Assembly: GCA_963755715.1 (NCBI GenBank)
Contig: CAVWLW010000045.1
Location: 43,425-107,424 of the forward strand
Direction of reading: 5' to 3'
DNA from: an uncultured delta proteobacterium
GTDB taxonomy: Bacteria > Desulfobacterota > Binatia > UBA9968
DNA length: 64,000 nt
Shown here: in pieces, positions 21,740 to 32,312 of the stretch
How the letters are laid out: each line of letters starts with the position of its first letter
Position numbering within the stretch: the stretch's first letter is position 1
The notes under the pieces: generated by a model
Databases searched by the model: none
Told to the model about the DNA's origin: nothing
Seen by the model: only the letters and a program-made list of their open reading frames with translations
Position numbers and translations under genes: made by a program

Positions 21740-24570
21740 ATGAGTGACAGGCAACCTCTCAATCCCGATGCGTTGCGCTTGGAAGCCGCGAGCGGTGGTT
21801 TGGCAAGTTATCCGCCGGTGGAAAAATGGGACGACTGGGTCGAGTACGATACCGCGCAGTGGCCGCGCAAAGTCGAGAAGCATTGCCAGATCATTCCGAC
21901 GATCTGTTTCAATTGCGAAGCGGCGTGCGGCCTGTTGGGTTTTGTCGAGAAGGACACGCATCGCATTCGGCGCTTCGAAGGCAATCCGGAACATCCCGGC
22001 AGCCGAGGTAGAAATTGCGCCAAAGGACCGGCGACCCTCAATCAAGTTAGCCGATCCCGAGAGAATTCGCTATCCGCTGAAACGCGTCGGCAAGCGCGGC
22101 GAAGGAAAATGGGAACGCGCGACTTGGGACGAAGTACTCGACGACATCGCCGCGCGCGTGCGCAAAGCGCTTCAAGAAGAGCGGCGCAACGAGATCATGT
22201 ACCACGTCGGCCGGCCCGGGCATGAGTTGCTTTATCATCAGCGGATTCTTCATTCCTGGGGCATCGACGGCCACAACAGCCACACCAACGTCTGTTCCGC
22301 CGGCGCGCGCGCCGGATATGCGTTTTGGTCTGGCATCGACCGGCCGTCGCCTGATCATGCCAACGCGCGCTTTATTTTGCTCCTCAGCTCACATCTCGAA
22401 GCCGGCCATTACTTCAATCCGCATGCGCAGCGGATCATCGAAGCGAAGAACGCCGGCACCAAGATCTGCGTGATCGATACGCGGCTCTCAAATACCGCAT
22501 CGAAAGCCGATTATTGGATTTCCTCTTGGCCGGGCAGCGAAGGCGCGATTCTCTTAGCGATGTGTAATATCATTCTGCAGGAAGATCTATTCGATCGCCA
22601 GTTCGTGCGCCAGTGGGTCAACTGGGAGGATTATCTGCGCGAGGAGCACGCCGACAAACCACTAACGTTCCAAACTTTCATCGCCGTTCTAAAAGAGCTC
22701 TACGCCCAATACACCCCGGAGTTCGCTGCCAAAGAAGCCGGCATCGATGCTAAAGTGATTGTCGAAGTGGCTCATGAAATCGCCAAGGCCGGTTCGGCTT
22801 TTTCTTCCCACGTTTGGCGCAACACGGCGGCGGGAAACTTGGGCGGCTGGCAAGTGGCGCGCGCGCTGCAATTTCTCGTCGTCCTCGTCGGCGCCGTCGG
22901 CACGCCCGGCGGCACCGCGCCAAACGCCGCCAATAAATTCGTTCCAATGCCGCCGCTGATGCCGCCGCCGGCAAAAGTTTGGAATGAGTTGCTGATCCCG
23001 CCGGAATATCCGCTGGCGTTTTTCGAAATGAGTTTCTTGCTGCCGCATTTCATCAAAGAAGGCCGTGGCAAGCTGGCGATGTATTTCACGCGGGTTTACA
23101 ATCCCGTGTGGACCAATCCCGACGGCATGAGCTGGATCGAAATGCTGTCCGACGAAAGCAAAGTCGAGCGCCACGCTTGTCTCACGCCGACGTGGAGCGA
23201 GACAGCGTGGTTCGCCGATTATGTCCTGCCGATGGGTCACGCGTCGGAACGCCACGATCTGATGAGCCAGGAGACTCAGGCGGCGCGCTGGATCGGTTTT
23301 CGCCAGCCGATTTTGCGCGTCGCGTTGGAAAAGGAAGGCAAGAAATTCAACACGACCTACGAGGCGCACGAAGCGGCCGGTATCGGACAGGTGTGGGAGG
23401 AAGACGAATTTTGGATCGAGCTCTCGTGGCGGGTCGACCCGGACGGCTCGCTGGGTATTCGCAAACATTTCGAGTCGCCCTACGAGCCGGGCAAGAAAAT
23501 GACGGTCGACGATTATTATCGGTGGATATTCGAGAACAGCGTGCCCGGACTGCCGGAAGCTGCGGCGAAGGAGGGTTTGAAGCCGCTCGATTACATGCGC
23601 AAGTACGGCGCGTTCTTGATCGAAGACAACGTTTACAAAGTCCATGAGACCGGCATCAAGTCCAGCGAGTTGCATCGATACGGCGACCGATCCGAGCAGC
23701 AATTTGATTTTGAAAAATGGCAATGCGATCGGCGTCGAGGTCGACGGCAAAGCCTGCGTCGGCTTTCCCACGCCGTCGCGCAAGCTGGAATTTTTTTCCA
23801 AGACGCTGAAAGATTGGAAATGGCCGGAGCACGCCATTCCGGGCTACATCAAGAGCCACGTCCATCCGGACAGTATCGATCTCAATGCCGGCGAAATGCT
23901 GTTGCTTCCCACATTTCGCTTGCCGACCTTGATTCATACGCGGTCGGGGAACGCCAAGTGGCTGTACGAAATATCCAATCGCAACCCGCTCTGGATCAAT
24001 TCGAAAGACGCCGAGAATCTCGAGGTCAAGACCGGCGATCTGCTAAAGGTCCACACGGAGATCGGCTACTTCATCGACAAAGTTTGGGTGACCGAAGGAA
24101 TCAAACCGGGAGTCGTTGCCTGCTCCCACCATATTGGCCGTTGGCGCTTGGCCGAAGATCAGGGCGGCGAGCGCTGGTCGACGGCGCTGGTCGATTTGAA
24201 ACAGATGGGCGCGGGCAAGTGGATGATGCGACATGTTCACGGTATCAAGCCGTTCAAAAGCGACGATCCCGACTCGGAGAGAATTTTTTGGGAAGACGGT
24301 GGCGTCCATCAGAATCTGACGTTCCCGGTACAGCCCGACTACATAAGCGGCCAACATTGCTGGCATCAGAAAGTGCGGATAACCAAGCCGGGGCCGGAGG
24401 ACAAATACGGCGACATCTTTGTCGACACCAACAAGTCGCACGAAGTGTACAAAAAATGGCTATTGAAAACCCGCCCGGCGCCTGGCCCGGATAATCTGCG
24501 CCGGCCGTTGTGGCTGCCGAGGTCGTACAAACCGGCGGCGGAAGCGTATTATTTGAAGGATAAAGGATGA
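21740..24570 (+). CDS. Molybdopterin (bis-PGD) oxidoreductase catalytic subunit; apparent frameshifts (~22045, ~23670)
   Basis: CFNCEAAC...CAKG FS0 motif, RIRYPLKR, HTNVCS, SETAWFADYVLP, FPTPSRKLEF, IHTRSGN. Confidence 0.88.
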
Positions 24571-24616
24571 AGGCGGAACAAAAGTATCTAACGACAAAGA
24601 ACACATAGACCAGAAA

Positions 24617-24769
24617 GTAGGGGCGCGATCTATCTCGCCCGCAGCTGGAAGAAACGGAAATTAAATTATTTAACCGCAAAGAACGCAAAGTGCGCAAGAC
24701 AAATCGGATTTGTACGGGCCAGTTTCAAACTCGCCCTCTTCGCTTCGTGACCTTCGTGCCTCCACGGTG
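24617..24769. repeat. Cluster of GTAG-type REP hairpins and 9-bp-period repeats
   Basis: GTAGGGGCGCGATCTATCTCGCCC; (CGCAAAG)-like triplet; degenerate GTACGGGCCAGTTTCAAACTCGCCC; (CTTCGTG)-like triplet. Confidence 0.55.
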
Positions 24770-24906
24770 AACGAAAACTGTATTGCGCGATGTAGATTGA
24801 CGGAGCCCATCTCAAATCAATTCGCTTGACAAGAATTCTTTAACTGCGGGATAGTCCCGCGGTAGTTCTCATTCTTCGATAATTCGGAGTCTACTGGGAG
24901 GCCAAT

Positions 24907-25887
24907 ATGAAATTTGCTCTCTCGCAGCCAATCGCGTGCATGCTTTTTGTGTTTGCTGCTTGCTCACTGGATGCGCCGACGCAACCGACTCGAAGCACGT
25001 CATCTCAAGGCAGCTGGTCGAAAAAGGCGTCGATGCCGATCCAAATTGGCGAAGTTACAGTGGCCACGGCGAACGGAAAGATCTACGCTATCGGCGGCAG
25101 CACCGCTGACATCGTCGATCAGCGTCTTAACCAAGAATACGACATCGCCACCGATCGCTGGCGCGAACGCGCGCCACTGCCTCGGGGAATGACCCACGCA
25201 GCGGCAACATCATTGAATGGAAAGATCTATGTCGTTGGAGCCTTTACGGCATCGGGCCACGGCAACGCCGTCAATCTGGTGTATGAGTATGACCCGGCAA
25301 CCGACACGTGGCGTACTCTCGCGCCGCTCAAAAGTCCGCGCGGTTCGGTCGGCGTGACGGTGTTAAACGGCAAGATCCATGCGATCGGCGGGCGCGGCGT
25401 CGACAAAGTCACGGTGACAACGCATGAAGCTTACGATCCGGCAAGCGGTAAATGGACCGAGCTGGCGCCGCTACCCAGGGCGCGCGATCATTTGGCGGTC
25501 GTGGCCGGTGGTGGACGGATTCACGCTGTCGGTGGGCGCCTTGATGCTTCTTCACAGAACACGGATTTTAACGACATCTACAATCCGTCGACCAATACTT
25601 GGCAGGTCGGTCCACCGCTACCAACGGCGCGCAGCGGCATCGCCGGTGTGCTCTATCAAGACAAAATTTTTATTGCCGGCGGGGAATGTCGTGACAAGAA
25701 AACTTATCCGGAATTTGAAGCGTACGACCTAAAAAGCGGCCGCTGGTCCACATTTGCGCCTATGCCTGCCGGGCGACATGGTTTTGGAGGAGTGGTGGTT
25801 GGCAACTCAGTTTACTACGCTGGCGGGGCGGTGGAATGCGGTGGTGGGGGAAGGACCAACGAGCTGTTGGTGTTTAGTTTGGGGTGA
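24907..25887 (+). CDS. Kelch-repeat beta-propeller protein (probable lipoprotein)
   Basis: Six GKIYxxGG...YDP...W repeats; lipobox-like FAAC. Confidence 0.9.
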   Translation: MKFALSQPIACMLFVFAACSLDAPTQPTRSTSSQGSWSKKASMPIQIGEVTVATANGKIYAIGGSTADIVDQRLNQEYDIATDRWRERAPLPRGMTHAAATSLNGKIYVVGAFTASGHGNAVNLVYEYDPATDTWRTLAPLKSPRGSVGVTVLNGKIHAIGGRGVDKVTVTTHEAYDPASGKWTELAPLPRARDHLAVVAGGGRIHAVGGRLDASSQNTDFNDIYNPSTNTWQVGPPLPTARSGIAGVLYQDKIFIAGGECRDKKTYPEFEAYDLKSGRWSTFAPMPAGRHGFGGVVVGNSVYYAGGAVECGGGGRTNELLVFSLG

Positions 25888-25908
25888 GGAGGTCTAGAGT
25901 CCCCCGAC

Positions 25909-27762
25909 TTACACATCCAGCGGCAAGCGATTTTCACGGCAATAAGTCTCGATGATTTCTAGAAAGCGCTCTCCGAGGTCGGCGAGCTTGCGCTCGCCGA
26001 CGCCGCGGATGCCGAGAAGCGCGTTGGGCGAGCCCGGTCGGACTCGCGCCATGTCGCGCAACGTGGCATCACTGAAAAGGACGTACGCCGGCACGCGGCG
26101 TTCGTCGGCGAGTTGGCGGCGCAAATTGCGCAGGGTTTCGAACAAACCAGCGTCGACGCTTTCCCAAGATTTTTCGTCGAAGCGAGTTTTTTTCACTTTG
26201 GTTTTCGGCTGGAGCAGTTGCACACTACGGTTGCCGCGCAGGACTTCGCGCGAGGCATCGGTTAGGCGCAGGACTGGACGTTCGTCGGTTGTGCGTTCCA
26301 GCAACCCGTCGTCGATGAGCTGGTAAAGCATGTTGGTGAGAGCCGGGCGAGCGGTGCCTTTCATCAAGCCGTAAGTGCTCAGCTCCTCGTGGTGCCAGCG
26401 CCGAATCCGGTCGGTACTTGCGCCTAAAAGAACGTCGACGATGTGCTCCGCGCCGAAGTGCTCGCCGGCGCGGGCGACGCAGGAGAGAATCTTTTGCGCC
26501 GTGACCGTAGCATCGGCCAGACCTTCAACTTCGTTCAAACAAACGTCACACGCTTCGCAGGTCGGCTTCAAATATTCCTGGCCAAAGTATTCCGACAGTT
26601 TGCGGTGGCGACAATGGACGCCGCTGCACAGCCGGCGCACATGATCGAGTAGTTGGCGCGATGCGGCGATGATTTCGGGGGCCGCCTCGGCATCGCCAGC
26701 GCTTTTTTCAATCAACGATTCCCAGCGCAGCACGTCGGCGGCGGAATAGAGCAGTACGCACTCGGCTTCCAACCCGTCGCGACCGGCGCGGCCGGTTTCC
26801 TGTTGGTAATGCTCGATGGATTTCGGCATGGCGGCATGAATGACGCAGCGCACGTCGCTGCGGTCAATACCCATGCCGAAGGCGACGGTCGCGGCAACGA
26901 CATCGAGATCTTCCGCGGCAAACTCGTCTTGGGTGCGGCGGCGTTCGTCGGCTTCCATGCCGGCGTGATAAAAAGCGGCGCGCAACCGGTTTGCCTGGAG
27001 AAACGAGGCCATCGATTCGGTGTCCTTGCGGCTGATGCAGTAGACGATGGCGGCCTGACGGCGATGGCGTTGCAGAACTTCCAATACTTGTGCGCGTGCA
27101 TCGACGCGCGGCACGATGCGATAGACGAGGTTCGGACGATCGAACGTGCCGACCAGGATCGCCGGATCGCGCAGGCGCAACTGTGCGGCGATATCCGCGC
27201 GCACGCGCTCGGTGGCGGTGGCGGTGTAAGCGTGCACGCTCGCCTGCGGAAAACGTTTCTTGAGACTTGCGAATTGACGATATTCCGGGCGAAAGTCGTG
27301 GCCCCAGTGGCTGATGCAATGGGCTTCGTCGATAGCGAAGGCGCGTATTTCGAGACGCTCGACGAGTTGCAGAAAACGTGGCGTCAGCAATCGCTCCGGC
27401 GCGACGAAGACGAGACGAAAGCGCCCTTCGAGCATCTGCTCTTCGGTTCGGCGCAGTTCTTCTGGAGTCATGCCACTATAAAGTGCCGCCGCTGGATAAC
27501 CGCATTCGCGCAACCCATCGACTTGATCCTTCATCAACGAGATAAGCGGCGACACGACGATGTCGGTTCGTTGCGCCAATTCCGGTGGCACTTGGTAGCA
27601 AAGCGATTTGCCGCCGCCCGTCGGCATGACGACCAGCGAGTCGCGTTGCTCCAGTCCGGCTTTAATCGCTTGCTCTTGGAGCGGACGCAACTCTGAATAC
27701 CCCCAGTAACGGCGAACTGTGGCGAGGATGTCGCTTATCGTGAAGTTGTTCGGTGCGGTCAT
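25909..27762 (-). CDS. recQ: ATP-dependent DNA helicase RecQ
   Basis: MPTGGGKSLCYQ, DEAHCISHWGHDFRPEY, ATVAFGMGID, QETGRAGRDG; RQC and HRDC domains. Confidence 0.97.
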   Translation of the reverse strand: MTAPNNFTISDILATVRRYWGYSELRPLQEQAIKAGLEQRDSLVVMPTGGGKSLCYQVPPELAQRTDIVVSPLISLMKDQVDGLRECGYPAAALYSGMTPEELRRTEEQMLEGRFRLVFVAPERLLTPRFLQLVERLEIRAFAIDEAHCISHWGHDFRPEYRQFASLKKRFPQASVHAYTATATERVRADIAAQLRLRDPAILVGTFDRPNLVYRIVPRVDARAQVLEVLQRHRRQAAIVYCISRKDTESMASFLQANRLRAAFYHAGMEADERRRTQDEFAAEDLDVVAATVAFGMGIDRSDVRCVIHAAMPKSIEHYQQETGRAGRDGLEAECVLLYSAADVLRWESLIEKSAGDAEAAPEIIAASRQLLDHVRRLCSGVHCRHRKLSEYFGQEYLKPTCEACDVCLNEVEGLADATVTAQKILSCVARAGEHFGAEHIVDVLLGASTDRIRRWHHEELSTYGLMKGTARPALTNMLYQLIDDGLLERTTDERPVLRLTDASREVLRGNRSVQLLQPKTKVKKTRFDEKSWESVDAGLFETLRNLRRQLADERRVPAYVLFSDATLRDMARVRPGSPNALLGIRGVGERKLADLGERFLEIIETYCRENRLPLDV

Positions 27763-27918
27763 TTGCAAGTAGGCAATAGGCAGCAGGCAATTGGCATTAG
27801 TAGGAGAGGGAGTGTGCCGGCCAGACTCTCGTCGGCGTCGAAGGAAGATTCACGACTTAGTACATCCCTTCGACTCAGCCGAGGAACAACTATAGTCACA
27901 TCCTGAACTGGTGACTGT

Positions 27919-28632
27919 TTAAATTCCCTCTCCCATACCTCGCTGTGTGCCTTGGATCGGCGTGCGGTTCCATTCGAGGGCTTCCTGGATTTTGCGAGGT
28001 AGGGGAGGTTTGCGCGAGGTCATGAAGTGGACGAATTCTTCTTTGCTCGAGATCAGCATGCGCGGATTATTTTGTTTCTCGTCGCCCAGGTTTGATACAG
28101 CTTCTCGGTAGTCATGACCCGGATATACACGGATTTGGTCGCCGAGCGTTTTGAGTTTTGCCAGGCTCTCGTATTGCGCTTCGGCATTGCCGCCCGGCAG
28201 ATCCGTCCTGCCGCAGCCGCCGATCAAGAGCGTATCACCGGTAAAAATTCGATCTTTGAAGAGCAGACACATAGCGTCCTGGGTATGGCCCGGGGTGTAG
28301 ATGACCTTGAGCGTTTGCTGGCCAAATTGGATTTCGTCGCCGTCGTCGACGCGCAGATCGATATACGGCGCGTCCGTGGCGCGGTGCATGATGACGTTTA
28401 TGCCATAGCGCTCGCGCATGATTTTGCACGCGGAGTTATGGTCCGCGTGGGTGTGCGTGTCGATGGCGTAAAGCAGTTTTGCTTTGAAGAATTCCGCCAA
28501 TCCGACATAAGCGTCGGCTTTGTCGATCTCGGGGTCGATGACAACGCAGATTTTCTCCTTGGCGCATCCCAAGAGATACGACAAGCAACCTGCGGAACGA
28601 ATCTGCTCGAAGAAAATTTCCTCACCAGCCAT
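27919..28632 (-). CDS. MBL-fold hydrolase, persulfide dioxygenase (ETHE1/PDO)-like
   Basis: DTHTHADH, TPGHT, FTGDTLLIGGCGRTDL, PGHDY, EKQNNPR. Confidence 0.85.
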   Translation of the reverse strand: MAGEEIFFEQIRSAGCLSYLLGCAKEKICVVIDPEIDKADAYVGLAEFFKAKLLYAIDTHTHADHNSACKIMRERYGINVIMHRATDAPYIDLRVDDGDEIQFGQQTLKVIYTPGHTQDAMCLLFKDRIFTGDTLLIGGCGRTDLPGGNAEAQYESLAKLKTLGDQIRVYPGHDYREAVSNLGDEKQNNPRMLISSKEEFVHFMTSRKPPLPRKIQEALEWNRTPIQGTQRGMGEGI

Positions 28633-28657
28633 TAGGGTGCTTTTCGATTCGCTGGCT

Positions 28658-29212
28658 TTAGACTTTCACCACTGTTCCCTTTTCAGGGTTGTAGCGGTAG
28701 CGGTCAATCTTTTCCAGGTCATAGCTCAGGAAGCGAAACACAACTCCGGGTCCTTCGACCGCGTCGGTCGAATGAATATCGCCGGGCAGATAAGGCATCA
28801 CCACGCCGGGTGTTAGGCGGTCGAGTCTTTCTTTTTCCAACGTCGCGACGCCCGGCTGCGCGCCGTCGTCGGTGCGTTTATATTTGGTGATTTCGGTTAC
28901 GCCTTGGAAAGATCCGTAGACAACCCAACAGGGGCCGTGATCATGGGGCTTGTTGCCGTGGCCTTGTTTATGAATGTGACCCATCTGAATGAAATCGAAA
29001 TCTGGATCGCGGTAGAGCTCGCGCGACGGTTTGCCGTCCCGAATCAGCTCGGCCATCCAAGGATCATCCGGGCGCGTCGACGCGAAAAGTTTTTGCATCA
29101 GCGCCGCCACTTTGAACGGCAGTTGTGGGTCTTTGCCGTCGCCCCACGCGGCGCGAACTTCGGCGATATAACGCTCTAACGAATTTTCTCCTCTTCGTTC
29201 TTGCACGGCCAT
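28658..29212 (-). CDS. Cysteine-dioxygenase-like cupin
   Basis: PHDHGPCWVVYG and GDIH give a 3-His site; AAGGGAGG RBS. Confidence 0.7.
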   Translation of the reverse strand: MAVQERRGENSLERYIAEVRAAWGDGKDPQLPFKVAALMQKLFASTRPDDPWMAELIRDGKPSRELYRDPDFDFIQMGHIHKQGHGNKPHDHGPCWVVYGSFQGVTEITKYKRTDDGAQPGVATLEKERLDRLTPGVVMPYLPGDIHSTDAVEGPGVVFRFLSYDLEKIDRYRYNPEKGTVVKV

Positions 29213-29352
29213 TGGAATCCTCCCTTTGAGAAAACATTTTTACCATTTTCCCCGAGCACTCGTCCAGCGCGAGGTGTCGATGCAGCGTTATTGACAGGGT
29301 CAGGCGGCCTCTGTTACCAAGGGAAAAAGTTTCACACAGATTGAGAGAAAGT

Positions 29353-29829
29353 ATGGCAATGGATCCGCAAGAGCTGCGCCGCGTGATGGGTCACTTCGCG
29401 ACCGGTGTAACCGTGATCACCACGGTTGATAAGGCCGGCACGCCGAATGGGTTGACCGCTAACGCTTTCATGTCGCTTTCACTCGATCCGCCCCTGATCC
29501 TGATCAGCGTCGATAAAGGGGCGACCTGCTACGCGTGCTTCGAATTGCAAAACGGCTTTACGGTGAATTTTCTGAGCGAAGGGCAAGAAGAGATCTCGCG
29601 CCGCTTCGCCACCAAAGGAGCCGACAAGTTCGCCGGGCTGCAGTGGCGCGCCGGCAGCAACGGCGCGGCGATCATCGACGGTGTCTTGGGCTACGTCGAG
29701 TGTAAGATTGCTCAATGTCATGATGGCGGCGATCACACCATCGTTGTGGGTGAAATTGTCAATGTGAACGCTATAGGTGAACGGCCGTTGCTTTTCTTCA
29801 AGGGTAAGTATCAGCGCCTACCGAATTAA
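29353..29829 (+). CDS. Flavin reductase (HpaC/RutF-like)
   Basis: RRVMGHFATGVTVIT, SLSLDPP, GGDHTIVVG, PLLFFKG. Confidence 0.92.
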   Translation: MAMDPQELRRVMGHFATGVTVITTVDKAGTPNGLTANAFMSLSLDPPLILISVDKGATCYACFELQNGFTVNFLSEGQEEISRRFATKGADKFAGLQWRAGSNGAAIIDGVLGYVECKIAQCHDGGDHTIVVGEIVNVNAIGERPLLFFKGKYQRLPN

Positions 29830-29832
29830 GAA

Positions 29833-29883
29833 GTCCGGGGTCCAGCGTTTGGAATTCAAACTCAAAACACCGGACCCTGGGAC
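29833..29883. terminator. Imperfect hairpin between convergent genes
   Basis: GTCCGGGGTCCAGCGTTT...AAACACCGGACCCTGGGAC. Confidence 0.4.
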
Positions 29884-29896
29884 CTAAATCTTTTAA

Positions 29897-30868
29897 CTAC
29901 GCTCCCAACGCCATCGCGGTAATACAGGGCAGGCCGCTGACGATCGTGCGCGTATCGCCGGACGGATTGAGAGCGATCACTTCGCCGTCGGCGGTGGCGA
30001 TCAACACGCCGTCGCCGTCCGTTGCTGGAGTGATATCGGTAACGCCGCCGGACATTTTTTCCGTAAGCAATTGCCAATTGGCACCGTCGGTGGATTTAAA
30101 AACTGCGCTGTGCGCCCGGCCGGCGCGCGTCCACGTGCGTGGGCGATCTTGAGTGATTCCTAAATAGAGCGTTCCCTGATTGTCTTCCGCGAGGGCGTTG
30201 CCGTAGGTGCGATTACCCGTCGGCGTGACTTTTTCCCAGTGATTGCCACGGTCGTTGCTGCGTGAAACGCCTTCGCCGCAAGCGGTCACGACCAAACCGG
30301 GGATTCTCTTCGACGGTAAAATCTGATGGATATCAGGATCGGTCAAGCCATCGTTCGCAGTCTGCCAGGTCTGACCCTCATCATCGCTCACCAGAATTCC
30401 CGCAACTTCGATGCCGGCAAAGAGACGGCCACCCTTGGCGTTCTCTTTGGTGAGCACTCGAGTGCGCGCGGGCAAATCCGGGTTGGGCGGGAACGTGCCG
30501 CCCGCGGCTCCCTGTCGCACGCCTTTCAATTCCTGCCAGCCGCCTCCCTCGGCCGTGAAATACAGCGCCGCCGGCATAGTTCCGACGAGGAGCTTGCCCG
30601 ATAGGGCGAGCATCGACGACATCGTCAAGCACGGCACGTTGGGATTGGCCCGTGTCCAGTCTTTGCCGCCGTCGTCGGTCACAAACATGCCTGAATGCTC
30701 GGTGCCGATATAAACGCGCCTGGAATTATCCGGATCGACTTGGATACAACTCATCTGCCAATAGGTGAGAGCGCGATCCGCCTGCTCCCAGTTTTCACCA
30801 CGCCGCTCAAAGCGATACCAGCCCGAATGAGTCGCTAAATGCAGAGCGTTTTTTTCTTGAGCTTCCAT
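29897..30868 (-). CDS. BNR/Asp-box beta-propeller protein (Ycf48/sialidase-like)
   Basis: Repeated SxDxGxxW (TDDGGKDW, SDDEGQTW, SNDRGNHW, STDGANW). Confidence 0.8.
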   Translation of the reverse strand: MEAQEKNALHLATHSGWYRFERRGENWEQADRALTYWQMSCIQVDPDNSRRVYIGTEHSGMFVTDDGGKDWTRANPNVPCLTMSSMLALSGKLLVGTMPAALYFTAEGGGWQELKGVRQGAAGGTFPPNPDLPARTRVLTKENAKGGRLFAGIEVAGILVSDDEGQTWQTANDGLTDPDIHQILPSKRIPGLVVTACGEGVSRSNDRGNHWEKVTPTGNRTYGNALAEDNQGTLYLGITQDRPRTWTRAGRAHSAVFKSTDGANWQLLTEKMSGGVTDITPATDGDGVLIATADGEVIALNPSGDTRTIVSGLPCITAMALGA

Positions 30869-30950
30869 GCCAGCCTCCGAGTGAAATAAGCATGTCGTCG
30901 AATTAATCAGAGCATACGTCGGGTGAGAAACCTAGGTCAAGGGAGAAGAG

Positions 30951-30977
30951 AGGGCAGACACGAAGGTCTGCCCCTAC
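30951..30977. repeat. GTAG-type REP hairpin
   Basis: Reverse strand reads GTAGGGGCAGACCTTCGTGTCTGCCCT. Confidence 0.65.
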
Positions 30978-31023
30978 GAATACGTTAAACCTACACTGAA
31001 TCACCACCCGAGAAAGCTTTTAG

Positions 31024-31052
31024 TTGCACCGATTAAAGCGATGCTTTATAAA
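31024..31052 (+). promoter_or_regulatory. Putative sigma70 promoter of the alaC operon
   Basis: TTGCAC-N17-TATAAA about 45 bp before the GTG start. Confidence 0.45.
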
Positions 31053-31095
31053 ATGACATTATCGTGTTTTTTTAGAAAGGACTCGGTGACGACGC

Positions 31096-32274
31096 GTGGA
31101 ATTTCAGCGGATTAAGCGGCTTCCGCCCTACGTTTTCAGCATCATCGATGGCATGAAGATGGAGGCGCGGCATCGGGGCGAAGACATCGTCGACTTCGGC
31201 ATGGGCAACCCGGATTTGCCCACACCGCCACACGTGGTGGCGAAGCTGATCGAGGCCGCTAGCAAGCCGGCGAATCACCGCTACTCGGTGTCGCGCGGCA
31301 TCTACAAACTACGCGTCGCGATCACCGATTGGTACAGGCGCCGGTACCAGGTCGATCTCGACCCCGACAGCGAAGCGATCGTCACGATCGGCGCGAAGGA
31401 GGGACTATCTCACCTCGCTTGGGCAACCATCGATCCGGGCGATGTCGTTCTCTGTCCCAGCCCGACTTATCCGATTCACCAATACGCCGTGGTGCTTGCC
31501 GGCGGCGATCTACGCTGCATCCCGTTGACCACCAGCGAAGCTTTTTTCGGCCACCTGGAAGAGGCGATTCGCCAGACCTGGCCCAAACCGAAAATGCTGA
31601 TCATCAGCTTTCCGCACAACCCGACGACGCAGGTTGTCGAGCGCGATTTTTTTGAGCGGGTCGTCAGGACCGCTCAGGAGCATGGCTTCCTCGTCGTGCA
31701 CGATCTTGCCTATGCCGATCTGACCTTCGACGGTTACGAAGCGCCGAGTTTTCTCCAAGTGCCGGGCGCCAAAGAGGTCGGCGTGGAATTTTTCTCCTTG
31801 TCGAAAAGCTACAACATGCCCGGCTGGCGCGTCGGTTTTTGCGTCGGCAATAGGGAAATCATTCACGCCCTGGCGCGCATCAAGAGCTACCTCGATTACG
31901 GCATTTTTCAGCCGATCCAGATCGCCGCGATCCAAGCTCTGAACGGCCCGCAAGATTGCGTCGAGGATATTCGCTTGATGTATCAGAAGCGGCGCGATTC
32001 CTTGATCGAAGGCCTGGACCGAGGCGGTTGGCACATTCCCAAGCCGAAGGGCACGATGTTTGTTTGGGCCGAGATTCCCGAGCCGGCGAAAAAAATGGGC
32101 TCAGTCGAGTTTTCCAAATATTTGCTTCAGGAAGCCCAAGTGGCCGTGTCGCCGGGCATCGGCTTCGGCCAGTACGGCGACGAGCACGTCCGTTTCGCGC
32201 TGATCGAAAACGAACATCGCACCAAGCAGGCCGTGCGCAAAATCAAACGGGCGCTCGGAAAACTGCTCGATTAG
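31096..32274 (+). CDS. alaC: PLP-dependent class I aminotransferase (AlaC/YfdZ)
   Basis: [51 protein letters not shown]. Confidence 0.9.
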   Translation: MEFQRIKRLPPYVFSIIDGMKMEARHRGEDIVDFGMGNPDLPTPPHVVAKLIEAASKPANHRYSVSRGIYKLRVAITDWYRRRYQVDLDPDSEAIVTIGAKEGLSHLAWATIDPGDVVLCPSPTYPIHQYAVVLAGGDLRCIPLTTSEAFFGHLEEAIRQTWPKPKMLIISFPHNPTTQVVERDFFERVVRTAQEHGFLVVHDLAYADLTFDGYEAPSFLQVPGAKEVGVEFFSLSKSYNMPGWRVGFCVGNREIIHALARIKSYLDYGIFQPIQIAAIQALNGPQDCVEDIRLMYQKRRDSLIEGLDRGGWHIPKPKGTMFVWAEIPEPAKKMGSVEFSKYLLQEAQVAVSPGIGFGQYGDEHVRFALIENEHRTKQAVRKIKRALGKLLD

Positions 32275-32312
32275 GCTTCGAATAATCTCTCGGTCATTTC
32301 AGACCCATTGTC

